Made by a program: the position numbers and the translations under genes
Source of the DNA: Lytechinus pictus
Taxonomy: Eukaryota
Assembly: GCF_037042905.1 (NCBI RefSeq)
Contig: NC_087246.1
Coordinates: 56,482,001 to 56,546,000 of the forward strand
Direction of reading: 5' to 3'
Length of the DNA stretch: 64,000 nt
The notes under the pieces: generated by a model
The model's input: only the letters and a program-made list of their open reading frames with translations
Told to the model about the DNA's origin: nothing
Databases searched by the model: none
In this document: one piece after another, positions 1 through 10,750 of the stretch
Position numbering within the stretch: position 1 is the stretch's first letter
Layout: each line of letters starts with the position of its first letter

Positions 1-828
1 CTGTTCAGTGTCAAAATTATAAAGCTGTTTATATGTTGATCGTCTTTGAATTCCCCACTTTCGTTAGCGCAGCCTTACTGTGCAGTTTGACCCATCACAA
101 GAAACATCAATTTGGCATCTGCTTGTGTAGGCTTCCACTGCGAGAGCAAATTTAAAGACGTTTCAAAACTCAATTGTGTTCAATGTCGCATATTTACGAT
201 GCTGAAGGTCGTAAAATCTAAGGTGATCGCATTTAAAAACGCATCTTTTTTATGTGATTTGAAAGACGTTTACTTTTATGACTGGGAATAGTGGACATTG
301 AATACATTCTTTGTTTCTCACTATATCAGCGTTTTGTAATCATGTTTTCAATCATGATTCATATTACCATTTAAATTTGGAAACCGACAATGAACACACC
401 CTTAATCAACATTCCATTGTTGACAATCAGCAAATGCTTTTGTTAATCCTGTGATAGCTACGGTAGGGAAACTGTGAAAACACATCAACTGGTTTTAATG
501 AAATTATGGAAATACAAGCATTATTTCAAAGACACTGAACTTTTTTTTAAAAACAAATTTCTGTGATTAAGCTCTCAAATTAATGAGCAGATATTGAACT
601 TTTCTGGAATTCACATACACCCCTGACAAGTGACCTTTTGGTATCCTTTCTTCAAATTGTTTTTACTCACTCATGCATGAATGAAAAATCTGAGCCATAC
701 CAAGTGAAAATGGAGATTCTAAGCTTTACAATGATAGGCCATTTCATTTGTCTATTGTATTTAGTTATGATAACTCATTGATAAATCTCAAATTAATTAT
801 TCTAGGATTTATTTTCTGGGACACACTG
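1..828. mobile_element. Right part of a Tc1/mariner-type non-autonomous element
   Basis: Ends …TTCTGGGACACACTG|TA; subterminal region resembles 44400-44515; left end not seen. Confidence 0.65.
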
Positions 829-2183
829 TATTATAGTAAGGGATTTTTTATTGAGACATCTCAGATGACATCACATATCTTCCATAAATGATTTTTTTTT
901 TCACAGCAATATGTCATGCATTCTACTCTTCTCAAATTTTGTGATAGGAAGACCACAAAAAGGCTAATGATATGTATACTATAGTATTTACAATTCCTTA
1001 TATACTCATGATAATTTAACAGACTTATCAATAGATTTTGACAAGTGATATTATTGCATAAATGAAATTTCAATGCCAGTTGCAGGGATTACAAAATAAT
1101 TTGATCAACCCGGAGATATGTTCGACTTTCTAAAGCCAAGGTGGAATATTCGTACCCTCACAGCAATGGCGATGGGAAGCTGTGAGGAAAAATATTGGAG
1201 AGGCACAATCTCTTCAAAACTAAACACAATATATTTGCCCCTTCACTCTTTTCTTTCTCAAAGCTTTCTGACACCACTGTCCCAATATATGTATGAACTA
1301 AAAAATGGAAAATCAGGATGAGCATCCCGATGTTCCCTTCAACGTGGGCTAGAATAAAATATAACATGGATGATAGACATAACTTGGCTTCATGTCTCTA
1401 TCTGTATTCTGTACATTTGTTTAATTACCACTCTAATAACATTAAAAAGGAGGGTGTATAAGATATATGTAAAATCATACTAATGACTAAAAGCTACAGT
1501 ATAAGTGAGAAACTGAATGAATTAAAATATATATAAAAATATCAATGAAAACTACTTCAGAATAATAAATCTAATACTACCAAAAAGACCTTCATGAATT
1601 AAACAAAATCATTAATAATTATATCATAATTCACTTCTTACAATCCAGCTTTCAGCACATTTGAAAGTTTTATTGTGGAAAATTATTTTGGAGTAAAAGT
1701 AAATGAAAAGATTATCCGAAAAAGAAATAGACAAAAGCTATATACAACATTAAATATATTTCCTTTTTAAACTATGCTTAGAATAAATGATAAAACAATG
1801 ATTCTTATTTGCACTTTCCCATGCAGGAGTTTGATAAAGAGGGAGCATTTAAATAAAGCTTAAAGTTAAAACCTCAGAAAAATTTTAATTACTCTTAAAC
1901 AAGCGAACCAAGGAGAAATGTATGTTTCCTGTGAAACAAGCTCTTGATGCACTTACATTTTCAGTCCCTTTTGAAGCATACATCACAATAGGGTGTAACG
2001 AATAACAATGTAAACAAAATAATAAATATGAGAATGCACTTGAGGTAGGGAGTATGCACATGTTCCTGCCACTGAGCTCAGCAAATACTTTTAAATTGGC
2101 TCAGATCACATTGGGAGAAATTTTCATTTCATATATTCAGATTACGTAACTTTTCTACTGCCAATCTAATGCTCAATACCTTC

Positions 2184-2668
2184 ATATGCTTTTCACACTG
2201 CATTTTCTTAACACCATACTATCCTTAACCCCGGACTATCCTTAACCCCGGACTATCTTTTTTTCGATTCACGCTGTCTTTCTTAACCCCGTACTATATG
2301 CTTAGCCGGGGTTAACGCCTTAACCCCGGGCAATCACACAGCTCATAAATATTGATGATTTTACCATACAGAGCGCAATTAACATGCAATTTCGACTTCT
2401 GTGATTGGCTAATGCTCAGCCCCACTTTTGCTTAGCCCTGTTTCGTTTCACACTGCATCTCTTAGCACCGCAATTGCCGGCTAACCCTGCTTTTTTGCAG
2501 GGCCAGATAGTACCGTACTATTTACCGTGCTAGCCCACTTTGCTAAAACAAAGTGTGAAAACGAAGTGGGCTAAGCTTAACCCCGGGAAACTGGTGGGGC
2601 TAAGACCCCCCCTTAGCCCCACCAATTTCCTGGGGTTAAGGGAAAAAAGTGCAGAGTGAAAAGCATAT
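2184..2668. mobile_element. TIR MITE with internal cttaaccccgg repeats
   Basis: ATATGCTTTTCACACTGCA…TGCAGAGTGAAAAGCATAT inverted termini. Confidence 0.8.
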
Positions 2669-3855
2669 TAGTCTACATGGACATCTTAATATAGACAATT
2701 AAAGATTAAATTCAATATCTATTTAAATACAGAAGAAGATTTGATTTCTACGCAGCAATTTTAATGCCCAAGAATATCATGAAGTTCTTTTTTTTTTTAA
2801 TCAGATTGCAAACTCCAACAATATGAGAACAATCAATTACTATTCAATTTAAATTGCAGTTCTGTTCTCAATTCATTTCTCAATGCCGTGATTTGGAAGT
2901 AAAAAACAGTACAACATACGTGTTCTTGATATATTTCACAATCCTGAATACATCAATAAAGAACATTTCTGTAAGTATCAAAATAACTTCAAATGAATAG
3001 TACCAATGAACAGAAATGGAAAACCCTGCACAAGTCAAGCAAACCTTATGTAAGTAGAATCTTATGCCTAAGTAAAATGTTCCTCTTTAAAGTACATGCA
3101 TTTTTGACGTTTACTGCCATGTAAGTCTAATATGTCTATTTTCATTAGATTCAAGAAATGTCCAAAAACATTTTCACAAATTGTTAGATTTTGCTCATGC
3201 TTGTATAAAATATATGGGACATGATGAGCATGCACCACAACTGCAAATGCACATTTAACCAAAAAAAAATCAAATCAAGGAGGCAGCTGAAATCTGTAAC
3301 TTCATGAAACAGAAAATCAAATTTTTCAGGCATTCTCAATTTCACAATCCATCAAAGCATAGTAAAACGATAAAGCATTTGCATGGTCTGGAACTCAGTG
3401 AGTTTAAAGAAGGTAGTCAAAGATGTCCAAATGTAAAGAAATAAAAAAAAATAAGAAAATAAAAAAATTTATAATGATTTTTAAGTTTCTGCCAGTTTGT
3501 TAAACACGGACGATTAGTATAATGTATACTATCCATGCACAACACATCCTGTTAACTTTTTCCAGTCTGAAAAAAAAAAAGAATTATCATAAATTACATA
3601 ATACTCACAATCATTAATGCCTCAAAAATTCAGAAATACAATCCTCATTGTATTTACAATCCTTTCTGCTCATGACTCATCATTGGCAGTGAAAATTAAT
3701 AGCAGTTTAGAACTTCTAAAGTTCATTCATGCAACACTTATACACACAATTTTCTGCTAACTCCACAACCATTTCACAAAATTATGTAATACTCAAGGGT
3801 GTACGGAAGGACATTTAGTCATTTTTTGGCCATTCTAAGATTTGGGCAATAAAAT

Positions 3856-4231
3856 GGTAAAGTGCCGATTCGTCTATTGCCAACTCGTCCACTCACCACA
3901 TGGTCTACCTTCATTTACTCTAATGCCATACCGTCCATCAACATTTCGTCTAACAATCATTGGTTTAATAACCATTTACATGTTGTCCGATAATCATTTC
4001 GTCAAACACCAGTTCGTCTACGACCATTTCATCTAACAACCAGTTGGTCTAATAACAATTTTAATTTCATTCTTTTCACCCAATCAACATCCAAGTCAAA
4101 TTAGACCAAATGGTATATGGACTAAATGGCAATTAGACCATGTGAATAGTAGACGAACTGATGGTAGACCAAATGATAGTAAATGAGTTGGTTATTGGAC
4201 GAATTGGCATTAGACAAATTGGAAATAAACC
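3856..4231. mobile_element. Inverted-repeat element built from about 15-bp tandem subrepeats
   Basis: Arrays of ccatttcgtcta-like units on the left, tagaccaaatgg-like units on the right; termini are reverse-complementary. Confidence 0.7.
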
Positions 4232-5820
4232 CAATAAAATAATCAGTATACATTCTCAAAACCAAAAAGCCATATTAGCTCAATTCATCAATTCAATTTC
4301 AAGTTACATATTAAGCAAAATAGATCTAAAAATATTATCAATCACTTGTCTTAAAATCCTGGATTAGAGTCTGTTTGCCAACTCTTGTCTTATGAATTGT
4401 GACTAAACTACAATGCATGAAATTGTTTTTTATGACAACAGTGGATATATTTATCCACCAACAACTGTTCTATTTTGTTTCAATATAATATGATTAATAA
4501 TATTTGACTAAATTCATTTCAATGTCAATACAGATCTTTGTAAATAACCAAGTGGTGGAGACTAAAGTGATAAACCTGGAAGTCTAATAAAATAATTAAA
4601 AAGTTAAAGCCTTCAAACAGGAATTGAGTCCATATATCTGTATTAATAATTGTTTGTGAGGGCATATTCAGTATACAAGTACACTTTGTTCTTATTCAAA
4701 ACAACCTCATCTAAGTAGAATCATTGTTAAAATTGAAGAACGAATGTTCATTGAAATACTAACATGGCTCAAGGCACAGGATTAGTACAATCTTCATCTG
4801 ATGAAATTATCACCAAAATCACGCCAAATGAAGCACATCTGTAATTTGAGGAAATCTCTTAGAACATTACCAGCGTCCTGTTGCAAAAAGAGCTGTGATC
4901 CATCGCAGTTCCAAAAATCAAACGCAACTTGACTTTCAACCAATCAGAAGCCTGCATTTGTGACTTCAATCTTGAAACGGGCCCTTGAAGCCCAAGCAGG
5001 AACGTTTCTAGGACCTGGCCTTGCCCAAAATAAAGCACTAATAATGCCCTTACAATTTTATCACAGATTATTGCGGTATTTAGCAAAGTAGAAATTGAAA
5101 ACATACAATCTGTACATTAAGTAGCAATGAATACATCTATACACAAGTTGCTCACATTGAACATCCAAGAATAGAATGCATTTCTGTGATAATCAGTGAT
5201 GAATGTTGAAACAGAGAAAGTACTTGTATCATGGACCAAACACAAACTAAGCATCAACATATTGAGCTCTTCATGCATTGACTACTATTAAGATAATTCT
5301 TTAAGATAAGAAACAAGTGGGGTTTTTTATTCAAGTTTAATCAGGGAGGGAAGGGGTTGTGTAATTGAGGGAGGAATCATACCTTTATACCTAAAAGGTA
5401 TTATCTAACATCACCATGGAATTGATATGAACCTGTGACCTCCAAGTTTCTTTACAGTAGCAAGTCCCCCATCCCATCCCCGATACTGCCATGCACATAT
5501 GCACCTTACATACATGTACATGAACATTAAGCAGTTTTTACATTCTTTCAAATCATGAGGAAGCTGTGAAGCTAATTTTGGGGGAACTGTGAAAAATAAA
5601 ATAATAATTGTTTGGGGAAGATAATTATATTTTATCATCAAGACATGTATTATTTAAGTATCAAATTTGAATTGTCCTATAAAATGGAACTTGATACCTT
5701 TCATACTCACTACTTAAAAATGTAAAATGGTTACATTGTAGATTTGACATGACACAAAAATAAATGCATCTCTCACTGTCCCACCCAGTACTGCCACATA
5801 CCACACAAATGCATGTGAGG

Positions 5821-6027
5821 TCATGAAGTGGCTGGTTTAGCGACCCACCTAAATCTGGGCCTCTGCGCCCTGTAGAATCCACCTCCACCTCCTCCGTATC
5901 CTCCTCCTCCTCCAAATGCTGACTGACCATAGCGCCCTCTACCTCTGCCACGCTGGCCGGAAAACCCCCCACGTGGAGGACGATCCGTGGTACTGATTCC
6001 GGGGCGGTTCGTTCTCTTTGCATTAAC
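5821..6027 (-). CDS. PABPN1: PABPN1 coding exon 5 ([16 protein letters not shown]…RG/G-rich tail)
   Basis: ttttcag acceptor at 6028; 3' end ambiguous (TGA at 5821-5823 versus donor AG|GTGGGT at 5848). Confidence 0.88.
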   Translation of the reverse strand, partial: VNAKRTNRPGISTTDRPPRGGFSGQRGRGRGRYGQSAFGGGGGYGGGGGGFYRAQRPRFRWVAKPATS

Positions 6028-8427
6028 CTGAAAATACAAAATCATTGATGCGTGTAATCATGGTCTGACAGGTGCGAAGGATACAATGATTTTGAAAAGC
6101 AGTATAAAAACACAAGATAAGCATTTTCAAAGCACATAAAACAATCAATATCCTAATAGCAGAGATCGAACAGAATCTGAAAAGAAAATACATCAACATT
6201 TGCAGACGAATGATGAACAGTGTAGTATTGCAAGTTGATACAAAACATGCTATGGATCACAATCAAACTTCCAGGATACGAGTTCAACCAACTCGCACTG
6301 CAAAAGTCTAATGGGTATGATTCAGACATCATTATTTTTATTACTGAATTACTGAAGAAGAAATCTTTAAAAGCTCAAAGTAAAGTAATATGAATCATAA
6401 TGAAATGTACTTACTTTAATCTGCCTACCCTTAAAGAGAGATAAATTCAATGTACAGGCTGTATCTACCGAGTCCTTTTCTACAAATTCTACATAGGCAT
6501 ACCTAGAAAAAAATTATAAGAAACACGAAAGTGAATAAGTAATAAACCACAAAATATGATTCTTTGTTCATGGTAAAGTACTCAACACAGAAATATATTC
6601 ACAAATATTTTAGATCATATTCCACATTAAGAATATTGCTTTTGTCTGATAGGATGTCAATCATGTAATTAAGTGCAATTACCCAAACAATCATCACTTG
6701 CTGTGATGAAACTTTTGTGTTTTGCTGACCATTTCTGCCTATTGAGTCATAATGCATTATTAACAATTTTGAATACGAATTCACAAAATAAAATTTACAA
6801 AGCCCCTCATTTTTCCCCAAATTTTTTTTACATCACATACAGTGACAGAAAATCTCCATTGTGACGTCACAATTACTTTGCTCAAGCAAGATCTTCCATG
6901 CTAGTTACCAACTTACTGTTGATGGCAGAGGTATCTAACGTTGCTGGGGTCCATCGCATAGATTTTGTTATTATGGTAGCTTTGCCATCCTATGGTAACT
7001 TCTCTGAAATCCTTGATTCTGATTGGCTACTTAGCATTGTAACCATGGGAGTTACCATTGGATGGCAAAGTTACCATAATACTTTTATGCAACAGTCGCT
7101 AGGTAGGCTTACTACAGTGGGATTAAAAATAAAGCTGAAATTATTTTCTGGATGAAAACCTCAAATACACCTACCCTTTAGGATGTCCGGTAAACTTATC
7201 ACAAAGGATGGTGACTCTGTTTATTGATCCACATCCATGAAAGTGACTTTCTAATTCCTCTGCAGTAGCTGAATAATCCACCTGCAAGAGTGACAACGAA
7301 AGTGAAAAATTAATGATTATCACAAGTGGCAATACAATAGACTGTTCTCTATGCATGCCATATGAAAAAGCACATATCATACCACAGAACAGTCTTATCA
7401 ATTGAGGTTGTACAATTGTTCAACGTCTATCAAAAACTTTATTGTGAAATACATTGTACTAAATTCATTTTAAATGAATCATCAAATCTATGTAAGTCTT
7501 CAACTGATATTACGAGGCTAAAATCTATTTATTACAGCAATGATTTGCTAAATTTTGCAGAATATGAATCACCTTGTTTTGAAGCCATTACAAATTATAA
7601 ATACTCTTAATTCAAATAGTCAGACATTTCATTCTTGATTTAAAAAAACAAATGCGAGAGCGGCTAAAAGAAAAGAAAATGCAATAAAAACATGCCATTT
7701 ACAAGTCTGGATTGTTCTTACATTTCCAACATAGACTGATCTGGCATCAACCTCTCCCTTCTCCTCCATTGATAGATGTGCTACTGCTTGAGCAGGAGGA
7801 GGTGAACTCAGATTCATCTGTTTATCCACTTCATTCTGCATCTCTTTTAGCTTCTCGGCCTCCTCCTCCATCTCACGGACACGGGCTTTGATGGCTTCTA
7901 GCTCCTGATTGCCAAATCAAAAAGACCAGCTCTTCTTTTGCTCCTAACTCATATTGCAATTGAGAAACTGAAACATCACACCCACCCCCTCCAAATATCA
8001 AAATGAAACCTACTACAAACATAAAACTTTTTTTTAAGCCAATGTTGCTATAATTGTCTAGAGCACATTAAAGATATGAATAGAATATTTCTATCCAAGA
8101 ATGTGACGATATACATATAGGACCTCAACGAAGACAACTTAGAAAATGAACAAAAAAAACATTGACAACCCTACCAAACCATTTCTTGGAAATCACTTTG
8201 ATATCAATCCACAATGAATTTATTACACAACAGCTTGAACATAAATACAAATAACAGTATTGGCTTGGAAAGAAGAGACCTACCTCATCTTCGATTCCAG
8301 CATTCTCTTCTGTTTGTTCTAAATTCAGTGAGGGAACAGTCTCTGTTGGTGAAAGAAGTGAATCCTCCCCTCCACTCACATCAGGGAGGTAAGTCCCATA
8401 TTCTGCCATTGTCTCTAATTCTGCCAT
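5821..8427 (-). CDS. PABPN1: Nuclear poly(A)-binding protein (PABPN1/PABP2), spliced; coding exons 8427-8284, 7904-7722, 7281-7175, 6502-6415, 6027-5821 (or donor after 5849)
   Basis: Joined exons give [30 protein letters not shown] (coiled coil), an RRM with RNP2 VYVGNV and RNP1 KGYAYVEF, then [13 protein letters not shown] and an RG-rich tail. All junctions are GT-AG and phase-compatible (0,0,2,0). About 242 aa if exon 5 reads through to the stop. Confidence 0.95.
6415..6502 (-). CDS. PABPN1: PABPN1 coding exon 4 ([29 protein letters not shown]); not in the ORF track
   Basis: ttttctag acceptor, gtaagt donor, 88 nt; completes RNP1 and the RRM. Confidence 0.93.
6946..7100. mobile_element. 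Degenerate palindromic MITE in a PABPN1 intron
   Basis: ttatggtagctttgccatcc / ggatggcaaagttaccataa inverted arms; related to 13120-13276. Confidence 0.6.
7175..7281 (-). CDS. PABPN1: PABPN1 coding exon 3 ([36 protein letters not shown])
   Basis: ttgcag acceptor, gtaggt donor, RRM core. Confidence 0.95.
7722..7904 (-). CDS. PABPN1: PABPN1 coding exon 2 ([12 protein letters not shown]…RSVYVGN)
   Basis: aatcag acceptor, gtaaga donor, 183 nt; near-identical to the conserved PABPN1 helix. Confidence 0.95.
8284..8427 (-). CDS. PABPN1: PABPN1 coding exon 1 ([10 protein letters not shown]…AGIEDE); acceptor at 8446 implies an upstream non-coding exon
   Basis: ATG at 8427; donor GTAGG at 8283; acceptor ttctttgcag ending at 8447; 144 nt, phase 0. 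Confidence 0.85.
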
Positions 8428-10037
8428 GCCTCTGTACCTTCAAACTCTGCAAAGAAGATAAACTAAAAATAAGTCATGCCATGCAAGTAGAGGGGCATAT
8501 CAAAAGTTGGATGTCAGGTATGAACTTTCTCACAATTTTGATAACCCCCCCCCCCCTCTTAAAAAGCCACAAAAAAAAAGGATAGAGGTCTAGACCTACG
8601 TGCATTGGCAATTGCAATTCCTGTGCATGCACATCGGTACCAGTTTGGCCATTTTATGCAAAGAAGAGACTGAACGCCGATCTATTCAACACATTTCTAT
8701 TCTATGGACCAGGAAAAGGACTCGAGGTGGATTTCCTTTTTTTTTTTGGGGGGGGGGTATTGAGGTACATATGTGGTACCTCTGCGTTGCGATGATCCAA
8801 AAATGTGTTACGACCCTGAATAATAGCAATATGAATCATAACTGTATGACACTACATGTTTTTTCCAGCAGGTACTCTTTCTTTAGATTACTATTCAAGG
8901 ATAGAATAGTATGCAGCCCTTGGTTTCTTGCTTTCTTAGTACATTATTACAATCATCTACTTTGTTTATTCTAATGACATCTTTGCAAGCTTTTTTTTTT
9001 TTTATTTATTTTATGTTAATGTGTGCTTAAGACTGTATGCAGCTGTAGAGTAAAGTCCCCAAACATTGGACGGTTCTAAATATCAGACGAAAATGACTTC
9101 AACTCCCTACCCACAACCACAGGGACCCACATTGGCAGGGGACTTGCATGGATAAGATACATGTACATGAACTTAACTGTAGGGACAGTGATTTTCCGTT
9201 TAAAAAAATTGCCTTTTCCGTTTCAGAAAATCTCAAATTCCGTTTCAGCATGTCAGAAAACGGAAATTCCGTTTCCCCATAGACTTTGTACACAGGGAAA
9301 AGTGACAATTCCGTTTACACATTGAATAGCAAAATCACAACACGTACACTCGCACTGGTCAAAATTTGTATGGGTCATTCCATGCCAATTCACCCAATGA
9401 ATGTGCAATTTTGCACCCGACCCTCTCGGAATTCGTTGTAAATTGGTACACATAAAATTCACCATGGCCCACGCACAAAACAAAAAAAATAAGTCCAATT
9501 GGTCCGTCGGTTCTCGCGCTACGGCCCACCCTTTTCTCCTTGTTTTGACAAAAATGGGCGTGACCTTCAACTTTCAATGGCCACTGCGTCGTAACGTGTT
9601 GATCAATTTTCATGAAACAGGTACCATTTATTAGGAAATTCAGAGAGGAATCCAAAACATGCATCAAATAATGTATTCGAGCGATTTATAAGGTCGTGAC
9701 CTTTGACCTTTACTTTGACCTTGAGTTTGACCCCCCGGACAAATAATTTTTTAACTTGATTTTCATGTATGTTAATTATTAGTATGATATTGACAAAATA
9801 TGTTAAAATCAATGATGATATTTTATTTCTTCACCTTTTAAAACTCTTCCAAAGATACCATGAAATTTCACTCTAGTCCCACATACTGATATTCATGTTA
9901 GTAAAGTGTTTACCAGTTACATGATTTCTTCCAATCTTAAGTTACAGTATGCATGCAGATGAAAAGAAATTAAGCTCATCAGTTCACAAATGAAACATTA
10001 AACATTTATGCTCATGAATAGGTATCTGTTTAGGCAT

Positions 10038-10240
10038 NNNNNNNNNNNNNNNNNNNNNNNNNNNNNNNNNNNNNNNNNNNNNNNNNNNNNNNNNNNNNNN
10101 NNNNNNNNNNNNNNNNNNNNNNNNNNNNNNNNNNNNNNNNNNNNNNNNNNNNNNNNNNNNNNNNNNNNNNNNNNNNNNNNNNNNNNNNNNNNNNNNNNNN
10201 NNNNNNNNNNNNNNNNNNNNNNNNNNNNNNNNNNNNNNNN
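10038..10240. other. Assembly gap (N run)
   Basis: 203 N bases inside the foldback element. Confidence 1.
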
Positions 10241-10378
10241 GTGTTGGACATTGAAGATATTAATGAGGCAAAGTGGTAATGCATTGTACTTAGTTCCATA
10301 AACTGTTGGAACTAAGTACAATGCATTACCATAAATAAACTGTTGGAACTAAGTACAATGCATTACCACTTTGCCTCA

Positions 10379-10414
<36 letters not shown>

Positions 10415-10417
<3 letters not shown>

Positions 10418-10750
10418 TGAAAGAAATGGATGAAGAGAACAATGGTAGGCGTAGCTTAAATAAAGGTTCCCCAGAGCTATCTACCCTTTTTGGAAAAATT
10501 GGTGATGCCGAAAAAATGTCTCTGCCGGGAATCGAACCCGGGCCCCCAGCTTTGAACGCCGGTGCCTTAACCACTAGACCACAGAGACGGGTTAGTGGCT
10601 AGGGCGACCCCGATCCAATTGACCATCAGATAGACAGATTTTCGACACCATACCAATTATAATTTCCTTTGTCGGGTGAAGGTGGGTTTTGAACAATGAC
10701 AAGCCGCCATGCCTCAGCTGGATCAAAGCTATTGCTTTGATACAGTACAC
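10415..10750. mobile_element. 336-bp module inserted in a (TA)n microsatellite, carrying the tRNA-like gene
   Basis: Flanked by (TA)n 10383-10414 and (AT)n 10751-10774; GTGT…ACAC ends; subterminal hairpin ATCAAAGC-TATT-GCTTTGAT at 10722-10741. Confidence 0.55.
10517..10588 (-). tRNA. tRNA-like gene, anticodon UCA (opal-suppressor-like; may be a repeat-borne pseudo-tRNA)
   Basis: GTCTCTG/CAGAGAC acceptor stem, D arm GTCT-AGTGGTTA-AGGC, anticodon arm CCGGC-GTTCAAA-GCTGG, 4-nt variable loop, T arm CCGGG-TTCGATT-CCCGG; A and B boxes intact; T6 terminator immediately downstream; non-canonical G32. Confidence 0.6.

Noticed and set aside
1080-1367. Slightly GC-richer segment with short ORFs on both strands
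   Set aside because: No recognisable protein similarity or consistent splice signals
3856-4231. Regularly spaced repeats resembling a CRISPR array
   Set aside because: About 15-bp degenerate tandem units without unique spacers, arranged as inverted arms, in a eukaryotic context
5661-6023. 120-aa ORF with an acidic run
   Set aside because: Alternative frame of the Gly-rich PABPN1 exon 5
10257-10385. Perfect inverted plus direct duplication (…ggaactaagtacaatgcattacca…) beside the gap
   Set aside because: Perfect identity immediately next to an N gap inside a foldback is more likely an assembly or hairpin-read artefact; it is not a CRISPR or functional array
10517-10588. Annotation as selenocysteine tRNA
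   Set aside because: 7/5 fold with a 4-nt variable loop; lacks the long variable arm and extended acceptor/D stems of tRNA-Sec
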